Of a stretch of DNA of 64,000 nt, positions 9,875-19,551 are shown piece after piece. The stretch spans positions 4,561 to 68,560 of the forward strand of contig JANYHG010000063.1 in assembly GCA_025359165.1 (NCBI GenBank). The letters are read 5' to 3'. The notes beneath the pieces are model-generated. The model saw nothing but the letters and a program-made list of their open reading frames with translations, was not told the DNA's origin and ran no database searches. The position numbers were made by a program, and so were the translations under genes. Every line of letters begins with the position of its first letter. Within the stretch, counting starts at the first letter, position 1. The DNA comes from Hyphomicrobiaceae bacterium. GTDB lineage: Bacteria; Pseudomonadota; Alphaproteobacteria; Rhizobiales; Hyphomicrobiaceae.

Positions 9875-10164
9875 TTAAGTCTGCCGAGCCGTCTTAATAG
9901 CTGACGAGAAGCGCTGCGACTGCGTGCCGTGGCCTTCGGTATCGCTTTCAAGAACCCCTTCCATTGCCGTTAACCTAACCGCCGATCGCAAACGCGGTCG
10001 TCCCCGGCGCATCGCAAACGGTTGCGGTTTCAGTGCAGTGTAAAAGGCAACCTGCACCGTCATAGCAAACGTGAATCAACCCGGACCAAAGTCTGATGTG
10101 GGCGGACCATGGTCCGATTTATTATTAGCTTTCGTTGGCCCATTCTTACCTCCCTTGGTCACTT

Positions 10165-10194
10165 TTGAAATGCTAGTGAAACGACCATTATATT
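10165..10194 (+). promoter_or_regulatory. Candidate sigma-70-type promoter (TTGAAA-N18-TATATT)
   Basis: Hexamers read directly in an AT-rich stretch about 70 nt upstream of the secreted-protein start. No experimental support. Confidence 0.3.
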
Positions 10195-10267
10195 GACTGA
10201 GGTTTTTCTGCCTTTCCTGACGTGCGAGGTTTGTATGCTGGAAACTGACATTGCGTCGTGGAGTATG

Positions 10268-12088
10268 ATGCATTCAAATTTGCGGCGAGCTGTATCGGTG
10301 CGGTTCCGTTCGCTCGCTTGGCTTTTAATTTCCTTCGCGATGTCGGCGGCAGGATCGACAGCGTTTGCCAAAGGTCCCGGTCCGATTCTCCCCCCGGGCG
10401 CAGCAATTCCAACTCCATCGACGAGTAATGCGATCCCGGTCCCACTGCCACCGTTGCTCCCTGTGCCGCAAGTTGCACGAACGACCCATGGCTTCGCCAT
10501 TACTGGTTTTATTCAACAGGCAGCGGTCAGCGACGGCAGTTCAGGAGCGCCGCCGTCTGACTGCCCGAGACTTCCGGCCAATCAACAGGGCGGCTTTGTA
10601 GTTGTGAACGGCGTCACGATCGTCATTCCGTGCAACACAATTCTACAGATGCCTGCGGCAACGTTCACGTGGGCGGAGGTTTTTGATAAAGCCCGGTTCC
10701 CGGTTTTCCTAACACTCGCGCCCTCGAACAATTCCGGCTTGAACAATTCGGGGCAGCAATCGCACCGCCAGGGATTCAAGTATCCATCCAATGAAGTCAC
10801 GATTTCGGGGAATATCGTCAACGGTATCTACGTTGCAGGCTTGGTTTATATATCGCAAGAGAAGCTGAACCTCGGGCAAGGAATCATAACCGGCTTCGAA
10901 TACGAGAATGGTGTCGTCATCGTCGACGGACGCGCCCGCTTGCAACTGAACGATCCGCCGGTTGGTGCACCGGTTCGAGGTGGACGCTTCGGCGCTGGCA
11001 TTTCCGCAGATGAAAGGTTCAGCGTCGACAATCAGAACCCGACGATCAAGGCAACGTCGGGGTATCCGATGTGCGTTCCGCGCATCGATCCGGCGCTCGC
11101 GGACGACCCACGTTGCCCCAAACGCAATCGCCCGCTGGTTGCTTCTGGCTGTCGCAATTTCGGGGCCGCGGGTGTCGTACTGCCGCTTGGACGCGAGTTG
11201 GGGCGACCGACGGGAACATTTTGCAGCGCGTTTGTAATGAAAGCTCCACCAGGGACGGCTCCGTCCGCTACACTCCGCGCCACCGATATCGCTGCGCCAA
11301 CTGAGGCCGACGCTCGCGAGCAAGCACCGTTCCAGATTGGCGACTTCATCAGTTATTCGGGAACCGTGCTGCTAGGCGAAGGCGGTGGCCCGATGGGTAC
11401 GGATACGATTTCAATTCATACGATAGAAGCGAATGTCGGTATCTTCACGCAGCCGGGTACGCTGCCGGTCTATCTGGCACTTGGCGAGTTTGCGGTCAGT
11501 GCGGATGCGCCGCTGACGATCAACGGTGTGCCGCAAGAGGCACCAAACCGCATCGTGGTCGGCGGCGTGGTGACCGATGTGCTCTCGATCGTCGATATTT
11601 ATCTCGTCGATCTCGATCCAACCACAGGCAAGGAGAGCCAACGGTGGATCACTCCAGCGTCGATGACGGGCGGCGTCGGTGGGTTCGGCGCGACAGGGGT
11701 GTATATCGACGGCGGGATTACGACGCAGCGCGACGGACCACAGCCCGGCCGCGTCCGGCTGCGCGCAACACGCGCCAATCCAGGTATTCTTGTTTCGCCC
11801 ACCCGCTACCTGCGGATGGTAGCGCGATCGCTGTGCGACCCCTCCAACATCAATGCCGACGCGCCGCTTGTCGGCGCGGTAACCCCGACCAGGGTTCCAT
11901 GTTTACGACGCGCGCCCGCTGCAAATGGCCTTTTCTCCGGACAATATCTTGCGCCCAATTTCAATTTTATATTTCCAGAAAATGTGGTTGCCGGTGACCC
12001 GATCGTACCGAACAACTTCTGGGCTTTGGGCTTCCTGGTCAATGGCGAAGGGCCGGGCACGGGACCGCTCATCCCATCACCCTGGTAA
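10268..12088 (+). CDS. Secreted Cys-rich protein of unknown family
   Basis: Signal peptide MHSNLRRAVSVRFRSLAWLLISFAMSAAGSTAFA|KGP, with GGAG 4 nt upstream of ATG 10268. Mature protein of about 570 aa, Gly/Pro-rich, with 8 Cys. I recognise no domain. Confidence 0.7.
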   Translation: MHSNLRRAVSVRFRSLAWLLISFAMSAAGSTAFAKGPGPILPPGAAIPTPSTSNAIPVPLPPLLPVPQVARTTHGFAITGFIQQAAVSDGSSGAPPSDCPRLPANQQGGFVVVNGVTIVIPCNTILQMPAATFTWAEVFDKARFPVFLTLAPSNNSGLNNSGQQSHRQGFKYPSNEVTISGNIVNGIYVAGLVYISQEKLNLGQGIITGFEYENGVVIVDGRARLQLNDPPVGAPVRGGRFGAGISADERFSVDNQNPTIKATSGYPMCVPRIDPALADDPRCPKRNRPLVASGCRNFGAAGVVLPLGRELGRPTGTFCSAFVMKAPPGTAPSATLRATDIAAPTEADAREQAPFQIGDFISYSGTVLLGEGGGPMGTDTISIHTIEANVGIFTQPGTLPVYLALGEFAVSADAPLTINGVPQEAPNRIVVGGVVTDVLSIVDIYLVDLDPTTGKESQRWITPASMTGGVGGFGATGVYIDGGITTQRDGPQPGRVRLRATRANPGILVSPTRYLRMVARSLCDPSNINADAPLVGAVTPTRVPCLRRAPAANGLFSGQYLAPNFNFIFPENVVAGDPIVPNNFWALGFLVNGEGPGTGPLIPSPW

Positions 12089-12244
12089 GAGGTGGGAGAT
12101 GGTTTCGGACCGCAATCCCGGAACCAGACGCACTCACCGCAGGCGTTATGAAATAGACCACCATTGATCAACGCCGGTTGCGACAAGTCTTGGCGTCCGA
12201 TACCGATATGCTCTAACTGGAGTCATCTGGCTGGAGATCAATCG

Positions 12245-13813
12245 ATGCCGACAAAGCCCGTCACAGAGCTGGATCGACCACGGCTCATCCAGCTGAACAC
12301 TCGCGACAATGTTGCGATCGTGGCCAACGATTTCGGCTTGCCTGGTGGGACCGTTATCGACGGTGGCCTCACATTGCGGACTTTCGTGCCCCAGGGTCAC
12401 AAAGTTGCGCTCGTCGACATTGCTGCGGGTGCGCCAATTACTCGGTATGGCGAGACGATCGGCACGGCAAAGATCGACATTATCGGTGGCACATGGGTCG
12501 AAGAGGCGCTCGTCGTCATGCCGGATGCGCCGGCAATGGGCAACTTACCGATGCCAGCGGCCACGCTGGCCCGTATCGAGCCGCTGACGGGCTGGACTTT
12601 CGAAGGCTATCGCAACGTTGATGGATCTGTCGGGACCAAGAATATTCTGGCCATTTCGACGAGCGTGCAGTGCGTTGCGGGTACGCTCGACTACGCAATC
12701 GAACGCATCCGTCGGGAATTGATGCCGCACTACCCCAACGTCGATGGCGTCCTCGGCATCACGCACAGCTATGGCTGCGGCGTCGCCATTGATGCGCCCG
12801 GCGCTGCGGTACCGATCCGCACACTGCAGAACCTCGCCAGGAACCCTAATTTCGGCGGGCAGGTGATGGTCGTCGGCCTCGGTTGCGAGAAGTTGGCACC
12901 GGAGCGTCTGGTGCCAGAGCGCGCCGACGGACACAGCGGCAAACCTGCGGTGCGCGATATTCTGCGTCTGCAGGACGAGGCTTTTTCGGGTTTCGGCCCG
13001 ATGGTCGACGGCATTATCGAGATGGCACGTGATCGCTTGGAGATCCTGAACCGACGCCGCCGCGAGACATGCCCGGCTTCGGATCTGGTCGTCGGTACGC
13101 AATGCGGTGGCAGCGACGCGTTCTCGGGCGTAACCGCCAATCCGGCGCTCGGGTTTGCATCCGATCTTCTCGTTCGGGCGGGTGCCACCGTCATGTTCTC
13201 AGAAGTAACGGAAGTTCGCGACGCCATTCACTTGCTCACCCGCCGCGCCGTCGACGCCGACGTAGCAAAAGCGCTGATCCGCGAGATGGCGTGGTACGAT
13301 GCTTACCTCGATCGCGGTGGTGCCGATCGCAGTGCCAACACGACGCCCGGCAACAAGAAGGGCGGCCTATCGAACATCGTCGAGAAAGCGCTCGGCTCGA
13401 TCGTCAAATCCGGCTCGAGCCCCATTGCCGGTGTGCTGTCGCCAGGCGAGCGCGCCAATCAAAAAGGCTTGATTTTCGCCGCCACGCCGGCCAGCGATTT
13501 CATCTGCGGAACGCTGCAATTGGCATCGGGGATGACGCTACAGGTTTTCACGACGGGGCGCGGGACACCATACGGCTTGGCTGCCGCCCCTGTGATCAAA
13601 GTCGCTACGCGCACGGCGCTTGCCGAACGCTGGCACGATCTGATCGACTTCGACGCTGGACGCATCGCGACAGGTCATGCCTCCATCGAGGAAGCGGGCT
13701 GGGATCTGTTCAGGTTAATCCTCGACGTCGCCAGCGGACGCAAGAAAACGTGGGCTGATCACTGGGGCCTGCACAATGCGATGACGTTGTTCAATCCCGG
13801 CCCAGTGACGTAA
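12245..13813 (+). CDS. UxaA-family (altronate/galactarate-type) dehydratase
   Basis: N-terminal SAF-like segment ([17 protein letters not shown]...GHKVALVDI). Central and C-terminal UxaA-like blocks ([30 protein letters not shown]). The ORF-track start 12164 is probably too early. Confidence 0.8.
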   Translation: MPTKPVTELDRPRLIQLNTRDNVAIVANDFGLPGGTVIDGGLTLRTFVPQGHKVALVDIAAGAPITRYGETIGTAKIDIIGGTWVEEALVVMPDAPAMGNLPMPAATLARIEPLTGWTFEGYRNVDGSVGTKNILAISTSVQCVAGTLDYAIERIRRELMPHYPNVDGVLGITHSYGCGVAIDAPGAAVPIRTLQNLARNPNFGGQVMVVGLGCEKLAPERLVPERADGHSGKPAVRDILRLQDEAFSGFGPMVDGIIEMARDRLEILNRRRRETCPASDLVVGTQCGGSDAFSGVTANPALGFASDLLVRAGATVMFSEVTEVRDAIHLLTRRAVDADVAKALIREMAWYDAYLDRGGADRSANTTPGNKKGGLSNIVEKALGSIVKSGSSPIAGVLSPGERANQKGLIFAATPASDFICGTLQLASGMTLQVFTTGRGTPYGLAAAPVIKVATRTALAERWHDLIDFDAGRIATGHASIEEAGWDLFRLILDVASGRKKTWADHWGLHNAMTLFNPGPVT

Positions 13814-13827
13814 CGCGCGGCACAAAA

Positions 13828-15087
13828 TCAGGTCGGCTTCGTCAAACGATAGTGACCTACCTGCACAGTGCCGCGTTCGAAGCCGACCTGGCAGTAGACC
13901 AAGTAGTAATCCCACAGACGTTTAAATTGCTCGTCGAACCCGAGCTGTTGAATCTTGGGCCAGGCTGCGTGGAAATTCTCACGCCACATTGCCAACGTCC
14001 GCGCATATGATTCGCCGAAAAGCAACAGCGGCTCGAACGAGAGTGACGCTGCGTTTGCGTGGTTCTGCATCGCGGTTTCCGTCGGCAACATGCCGCCGGG
14101 AAAAACGTAGCGTTGAATGAAATCCGGATTGCGTCGGTAGTTTGCATAGAGGTCGCCGCGGATGGTGATCGCTTGAATGACCGCAATCCCACCGGGCTTC
14201 AGTCGATCGGCAACGACATTGAAGTATTCCGACCAGTTTTTCTCGCCAACCGCTTCGATCATTTCTATCGATACGACGCGATCATATTGCCCTAGAGTAT
14301 CACGATAATCCTGCATCCTGATATCGACGAGGTTAGACAATCCTGCTGCAGACAGGCGTGACAGACACGCGTCGTACTGTTCGCGAGAGATCGTAATGCC
14401 ATCGACCGAAGCGCCGCGCCCCGCAGCAGCCTCGGCAAAGCCACCCCAACCGCAGCCTATTTCAAGCACACGGTGGCCGGGTTCAAGCTGAAGTCCTTCG
14501 ATAACGGCGTCATACTTTGCACGCTGCCCTTGCTCAAGCGTCGTGAAAGGTGTCGGAATGATAGCGCTCGAATAAGTGAGGCCATCATCGAGCCAGAGCC
14601 TATAGAAAGCATTCCCGAGATCATAATGCGCTGCGATATTGCGCTTACTGCCCGAGCGCGTGTTGACGCGTAATCGATGATAAGTGCGATCGAACCAGCC
14701 CGACTCGACAAACTCGGCGGAAGATTTCGCCAGCGGCTGCTCGTTGTCGGAGAAAAAATTGAATACTGCCGACAGGTCGTCTGCCACGACGTCACCTGCA
14801 ATAACGCTCTCGGCGAAGCCAAGCGGACCGCGCCGTGCCATTTTCCAAAGCACACCGTAATTTTTCAGTATGAGGCGTGGTGCATACTCGTGGTGACCGG
14901 TGCCAAACGTAGCTTGCTGCCCCGATGGCAGTTCGATCACCAGCGCGCCGACGCACGCGGACCCGAGGCGCGTGGCGAGCAAACGAAGCACCACGCCGTC
15001 AATAAATCGACCTGCAAATAACCTGGCATCTGTCGACGGTGATGACAGATGTTGCGCCGAGGCCGGATCTTTCACCTGCATTGTCAT
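13828..15087 (-). CDS. Cyclopropane-fatty-acyl-phospholipid-synthase-family SAM methyltransferase
   Basis: SAM motif I VLEIGCGWGGFA and CFA-synthase-like length (419 aa) and C-terminus. ATGA overlap with the upstream DUF1365 gene. Confidence 0.85.
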   Translation of the reverse strand: MTMQVKDPASAQHLSSPSTDARLFAGRFIDGVVLRLLATRLGSACVGALVIELPSGQQATFGTGHHEYAPRLILKNYGVLWKMARRGPLGFAESVIAGDVVADDLSAVFNFFSDNEQPLAKSSAEFVESGWFDRTYHRLRVNTRSGSKRNIAAHYDLGNAFYRLWLDDGLTYSSAIIPTPFTTLEQGQRAKYDAVIEGLQLEPGHRVLEIGCGWGGFAEAAAGRGASVDGITISREQYDACLSRLSAAGLSNLVDIRMQDYRDTLGQYDRVVSIEMIEAVGEKNWSEYFNVVADRLKPGGIAVIQAITIRGDLYANYRRNPDFIQRYVFPGGMLPTETAMQNHANAASLSFEPLLLFGESYARTLAMWRENFHAAWPKIQQLGFDEQFKRLWDYYLVYCQVGFERGTVQVGHYRLTKPT

Positions 15088-15890
15088 GCATCTTTTTCCA
15101 CTGATGGGGCTACGGAGTAGGAAAAGCGTGGCGAGGTATGACGCGCCACAAGCGGCACACCCTTCAGCCAGAGACGCAGCGCTTCGAAGTGGATGCCGCC
15201 GATAACTTTGGCGATCATCAAAGGGTGACGTGCGGCCAAGCGGGCAATGTTTTTATCCGTCAGCGACAACCTTCGACCGTCGAACGAGGTCTTGAGCGTC
15301 AGACCCTCGGCACCAGTGAAATCGACACCGATAAGAACGCGCTCGGACGGCGGAAGAATGCGAAAGCCATAACGTCCGTTTCGACTGGTAAACGGCGAAA
15401 CATACATTTCCTTGCTGCATGTTTGCTGAACTACGTCAGAAACGCCGCCGCTTACGGGGATTATATAACTTTTGCGCTCGCCGAAGGTGTTACTGACTTC
15501 ATATATCACAACAGCGAGTTGTCCGTGAGCGTCGTGACAGAAATACACGCTTAACGGATTGAAAACGAACCCTAGAATGCGCGGATAGCACAGTAACTCG
15601 ATGCGGGCGCCAGCCGATCCGAAGCCCGCGTCCAGCAACAGTGACCTGACATGAGACCCGACAGCGATGCCGTCGCCTGCGCCATGATCGCGGTCGAAGA
15701 ATCCAAGCAGGTTGAAGCGGTTTCTGGAAAAAAATCTCAGAGAGCCATGCAGACGATCAATCGCGTCGACATCGAGGAGAAGCGAGAAGACTTGATACGA
15801 AAATGTGTGTCGCACGGGCCGCAAACGCGTGTGTACGACGCGCCCCTCGTAAGCCGCCGACGAATATGGGGATGGCGACACGCCGCTCAT
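15084..15890 (-). CDS. DUF1365-family protein (UfaO-like)
   Basis: 268 aa. N-terminus YEGRVVHTRLRPVRHTFSYQVF is typical of DUF1365. ATGA overlaps on both sides. The UfaO analogy is an inference from gene order. Confidence 0.75.
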   Translation of the reverse strand: MSGVSPSPYSSAAYEGRVVHTRLRPVRHTFSYQVFSLLLDVDAIDRLHGSLRFFSRNRFNLLGFFDRDHGAGDGIAVGSHVRSLLLDAGFGSAGARIELLCYPRILGFVFNPLSVYFCHDAHGQLAVVIYEVSNTFGERKSYIIPVSGGVSDVVQQTCSKEMYVSPFTSRNGRYGFRILPPSERVLIGVDFTGAEGLTLKTSFDGRRLSLTDKNIARLAARHPLMIAKVIGGIHFEALRLWLKGVPLVARHTSPRFSYSVAPSVEKDA

Positions 15891-17230
15891 TGTGCAAAAG
15901 CCGGAATGGGCGCGCGCACTGAATGCGATGCGTGAATATTGATTCGCCCGTTGGCGTCGACTACCCGCCAGGGACGGCCGGGACTGCCTATATCTTCCGC
16001 CACGGCCAGACCAGCTTGCAAACCATCCTCATGAAATCCATAGCCGAAATAGCTGCCGCAAAACCACGTTCGCCGGCGCCCTTGCAATTGCCAGAGTTCA
16101 CGTTGGGCCGCAGCCGCAGCCATATTGAACATCGGGTGACGGTAGTCGAAACTTGCAATTACAGATGGCGCAGCCAGGGCCCGGCGCGGATTTATGGTTA
16201 CAAATAGATTTTGCTCCGTTTTCAACGGTTGCAGCTTATTCATCCAGTACGTGAGTGAAAGCGGCTCGCTCCGGGTTTTTGTGCCGAGGTAATTCCAGCT
16301 CGACCACAAACGCTTCCGCCGTGGCATCTGCGCCGCGTCAGTGTGGAGAACGGCACGGTTGGCCGTATATGAAAACGCCTGCAGCATCGCCCGCTCGCGT
16401 TCGTCTGGATCGGCGAGCAACGCGAGCGCATCGTCGGCGTGGGTCGCGACCACGCAACCATCGAAGTGTTCGCTACCATTCACATGTTTGACGATCACAC
16501 CGTGAGATGCTCGGGCGATCGACGTCACTGGAGACCGCTGCTCGATCCGCACATTCATCGTCGCCGTCATGCGCTGAACGTAACTGCGACTTCCGCCGAC
16601 GACCGTCCGCCATTGCGGTCGGTTGACAACCTGCAACAGACCATGATTGTCAAAAAAGCGGACGAACGACACGACCGGAAACCGCAAGACGTCCTCGGAA
16701 GGCGTCGACCAGATTGCAGCTGCCATCGGCAGAATGTGGCGGTCTATGAACGCCTCGGAATAGTTCTTCGAAATCAAATAATCGCCGAGTGTCTGTCCGA
16801 TGGCCGCCGCATCAGCCAATACCGTGCGCGATTCGTTAAAGAAACGTCTGATGTCGGCGATCATGCGCCAATGGCCGGGATCGGCAATGTTGGAAAATTG
16901 CCCGAATAATCCTGCAATCCCGTTGCCGGAGTATTCGTATTCACCATCGGCCAATGAAACCGAGAAACCCATGTCGGTCGAAGCCGTCGGCACGTCGAGA
17001 TGATCGAATAGTGCTATCAGATTGGGATAGCTCGCAGTGTTGTAGACGATGAAGCCGGTATCCACGGCAACGCGACCCTCAGGGGCCGTGACATCAACCG
17101 TGTTGGAATGACCGCCTAATCTGCTTTCGCATTCAAAAAGCGTTACTGCGTGGTTCTTCGACAAAAGCCATGCGGCGGCTAGTCCTGAAATTCCGCTACC
17201 AACGACCGCGATCGATTGTAAGCGTGTCAT
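15887..17230 (-). CDS. FAD/NAD-binding oxidoreductase, amine-oxidase-like (UfaD-like)
   Basis: Dinucleotide fold IAVVGSGISGLAAAWLL...VTLFE directly after ATG 17230. The ORF-track start (GTG 17263) is less likely. Confidence 0.82.
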   Translation of the reverse strand: MTRLQSIAVVGSGISGLAAAWLLSKNHAVTLFECESRLGGHSNTVDVTAPEGRVAVDTGFIVYNTASYPNLIALFDHLDVPTASTDMGFSVSLADGEYEYSGNGIAGLFGQFSNIADPGHWRMIADIRRFFNESRTVLADAAAIGQTLGDYLISKNYSEAFIDRHILPMAAAIWSTPSEDVLRFPVVSFVRFFDNHGLLQVVNRPQWRTVVGGSRSYVQRMTATMNVRIEQRSPVTSIARASHGVIVKHVNGSEHFDGCVVATHADDALALLADPDERERAMLQAFSYTANRAVLHTDAAQMPRRKRLWSSWNYLGTKTRSEPLSLTYWMNKLQPLKTEQNLFVTINPRRALAAPSVIASFDYRHPMFNMAAAAAQRELWQLQGRRRTWFCGSYFGYGFHEDGLQAGLAVAEDIGSPGRPWRVVDANGRINIHASHSVRAPIPAFAQ

Positions 17231-17283
17231 GTGGAACTTGGCCCAAACTTTGACGGGGATCACACGGGTTTCTTGTGTTTAGA

Positions 17284-17311
17284 CTAACGCCGCTCACCAA
17301 GCGGTAGATCA
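17284..17311 (-). promoter_or_regulatory. Candidate ECF (ChrR-type sigma) promoter: GTGATCT-N16-CGTTAG
   Basis: On the minus strand, TGATCT lies at 17311-17306, then a 16-nt spacer, then CGTTAG at 17289-17284. This is about 50 nt upstream of ATG 17230. Confidence 0.45.
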
Positions 17312-17324
17312 CCTCCGCGAGACG

Positions 17325-17352
17325 TGATCCAATCGTCGCCGAGCAGCGTTCG
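17325..17352 (+). promoter_or_regulatory. Candidate autoregulated ECF promoter: GTGATCC-N16-CGTTCG
   Basis: TGATCC at 17325-17330, a 16-nt spacer, then CGTTCG at 17347-17352, upstream of the ECF sigma gene. It sits back-to-back with the minus-strand element, 13 nt apart. Confidence 0.45.
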
Positions 17353-17484
17353 TCTGCGATGATCGAATACTTTGCATGGTCCGACCCGACTTGCGTCAAG
17401 ATGGCGGCAATCGCCACATCGGGGACCACATCGAGACGTGGCAGGCCGGGACTTACAGTGTCGGAAGGCGTGGTTGATATCCGA

Positions 17485-18039
17485 ATGCAAGACCGAAGGC
17501 AGCATTTTGCCGACCTGATAGTTGCAGTGGCGCGTCAGGATAAGGCCGCGTTTGCGGAGTTGTTCACGTATTTTGCCCCGCGCATCAAGACCATGATGTT
17601 GAAAGTCGGGGCGACCGAGCAGCGGGCCGAAGATGTTGCACAGGACGCCATGTTACTGGTGTGGCGCAAAGCTCCGTTGTTCGATGCGACGCGCGCAGGG
17701 CCGTCAGCGTGGATATTTACGATAGCAAAAAATGCACGCATCGATGCGTTGAGGCGTGAACGGCGCAGCGATCGCATGGCCTCTGAGCTCGGCCGGCAGC
17801 CGGAGCCAGATACAACGCTGTCCGACGCAGATCTGATTACAGCCGAGTCTGAGCAACTTACGCGTCGGTGCCTGTCGCGTTTGAGTCCTGAGCAGCAACG
17901 TGTCGTGGCGTTGTCGTTCTTCGAAGACAAGGCCCACCCCGAAATAGCAGAGGCCTTGGGCATTCCGCTGGGCACAGTAAAATCGCGACTGCGGCTAGCA
18001 CTGAAACATCTCAAAACCATGCTCGAAGACACGCAATGA
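17485..18039 (+). CDS. rpoE: ECF sigma factor (RpoE of the ChrR-partnered group)
   Basis: Region 2 (DKAAFAELFTYFAPRIKTMM, DVAQDAMLLVWRKA) and region 4 (EIAEALGIPLGTVKSRLRLAL). ATGA coupling to chrR. The maximal ORF starts at 17359, but ATG 17485 gives a typical 184-aa ECF sigma. Confidence 0.88.
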   Translation: MQDRRQHFADLIVAVARQDKAAFAELFTYFAPRIKTMMLKVGATEQRAEDVAQDAMLLVWRKAPLFDATRAGPSAWIFTIAKNARIDALRRERRSDRMASELGRQPEPDTTLSDADLITAESEQLTRRCLSRLSPEQQRVVALSFFEDKAHPEIAEALGIPLGTVKSRLRLALKHLKTMLEDTQ

Positions 18040-18677
18040 CAATCACACAGCATCCGACAGACGAAACACTCGCATTGTTCGCCGCAGGGCTGCTCGACGA
18101 CGGCCGCAGCATGGTGGTCGCGGCGCATGTTGGCATGTGCGCGGAGTGCCGCCGCTGGGAGGGGCGCCTTCGAACACTCGGTGGAATTTTACTCGCCGAT
18201 GCCGAGCCATCGAAGCTTAGTGAACGTGCGCTCCACAATGCATTGGCGATGCTGGTGACGGACGACGGGATTACGCGGCTCTCGACTGCAAATCCTGAAC
18301 TTCCGTCGCGGAGCCACCCATCACTGCAGACTTACAAGCACGGCAGCTGGAGGTGGATGGGACCGGGCGTCAGGTGGCGATCGATCAGTGCGCCGGACGA
18401 CGCAGCTGCTCGCGTTTTTTTGCTTAAAGCAGCGCCGGGAACACGGATGCCCCACCATACCCACACTGGCACTGAGCTGACCTTGGTTCTGTCCGGAGCG
18501 TTTTCGCATGTCGGCGGACGCTACGGGCCGGGCGACCTTGACGAAGCAGACGGCAGCATCGAACACCAACCCATTGTCGAAATGGGCGAGGATTGCATCT
18601 GTCTGGTGGCCATGCAGGGAAATTTACAGCTTCTCGGGCTGGTCGGTCGTGTACTGCAGCCGTTCGTCCGGTTGTGA
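18036..18677 (+). CDS. chrR: Anti-sigma factor ChrR (zinc-binding ZAS domain plus cupin)
   Basis: H-x3-C-x2-C motif HVGMCAEC and a C-terminal cupin (MPHHTHTGTELTLVLSGAF). Confidence 0.88.
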   Translation: MTITQHPTDETLALFAAGLLDDGRSMVVAAHVGMCAECRRWEGRLRTLGGILLADAEPSKLSERALHNALAMLVTDDGITRLSTANPELPSRSHPSLQTYKHGSWRWMGPGVRWRSISAPDDAAARVFLLKAAPGTRMPHHTHTGTELTLVLSGAFSHVGGRYGPGDLDEADGSIEHQPIVEMGEDCICLVAMQGNLQLLGLVGRVLQPFVRL

Positions 18678-18686
18678 GTTGAGCAT

Positions 18687-19499
18687 ATGACGTTACGCCT
18701 TTTGCTTGAAGCAGTTGTCATGCAATGGCTTGCGCTTGCGGCACTGATGCTTGGTGCATGGACTGCGTGGTACCGAACGAAAAAGTCTGGCTGGATCGAC
18801 ACGGGTTGGACGTTGGCTGTCGGACTTGTAGGAATACCCTCGGCGTTGTTGTCGTTCGGCCCGGACGAAAGCACAAGCCGCCGTTGGATCGTCGCGGTTC
18901 TGGTCGCCTGCTGGTCGCTACGTCTTGGTTGGCATCTTGCAATACGTACGGCGCGAGGCACAGATGACCCACGATATGCGGCGCTGATCAAAGACTGGGG
19001 CGCGCAAGCCCCAGTGCAGATGTTACGTTTCGCAGAAATTCAGGCGCTGGCCGCGATCCCGCTCGTCGTCACTATTCTCGTCGCAGCCCACATTCCGGTG
19101 CCCGAGCTGACGCTTCTGGACGGACTGGGCGCAGCTACTTTAGTATTTTCGATTGCGGGAGAGGCGTTAGCCGACCAGCAACTCAAAAAGTTCAACGCCG
19201 AGATGAAAGAAAAGGTGTGCGATCGCGGGCTTTGGGCGTGGTCGCGGCATCCGAACTATTTCTTTCAGTGGCTCGGTTGGTTGTCATATCCCGTGATCGC
19301 GCTCGCATCGGTGCCGACGTTCGCGTTGGCGATACTCACGCTGTCGGCCGCGCTTTGGATGTATTGGCTGCTGGTCCATGTCTCAGGCATTCCGCCTCTC
19401 GAGCGACACATGGCCAAGTCGCGCGGCGCGCTTTTTCGCGCCTATCAGCAGCGCACAAATTCATTTTTTCCAGGTCCAAGACGCCGCGCGGCGCGTTGA
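18687..19499 (+). CDS. DUF1295-family membrane protein (steroid-reductase/ICMT-like fold)
   Basis: Polytopic, with a WSRHPNYFFQWLGW block characteristic of DUF1295. Confidence 0.75.
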   Translation: MTLRLLLEAVVMQWLALAALMLGAWTAWYRTKKSGWIDTGWTLAVGLVGIPSALLSFGPDESTSRRWIVAVLVACWSLRLGWHLAIRTARGTDDPRYAALIKDWGAQAPVQMLRFAEIQALAAIPLVVTILVAAHIPVPELTLLDGLGAATLVFSIAGEALADQQLKKFNAEMKEKVCDRGLWAWSRHPNYFFQWLGWLSYPVIALASVPTFALAILTLSAALWMYWLLVHVSGIPPLERHMAKSRGALFRAYQQRTNSFFPGPRRRAAR

Positions 19500-19551
19500 G
19501 ACCCGAGAGCATGTCAATTGCTTCTGATCCAGCTACTCCAAGGAAGTTCCG

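Noticed and set aside
12119-12150. GGAAC...CGTT (general-stress EcfG-like) motif upstream of the UxaA gene.
   Set aside because: The spacer is 19 nt rather than the 16-17 nt expected for EcfG-type promoters, so this is probably chance.
17257-17262. A third TGATCC, on the minus strand, just upstream of the oxidoreductase ATG. A further TGATCC lies at 19525-19530 upstream of the DUF2177 gene.
   Set aside because: Neither is followed by CGTT at a 16-nt spacing. Both lie too close (27 and 21 nt) to the start codons to act as -35 elements, unless the mRNAs are leaderless.
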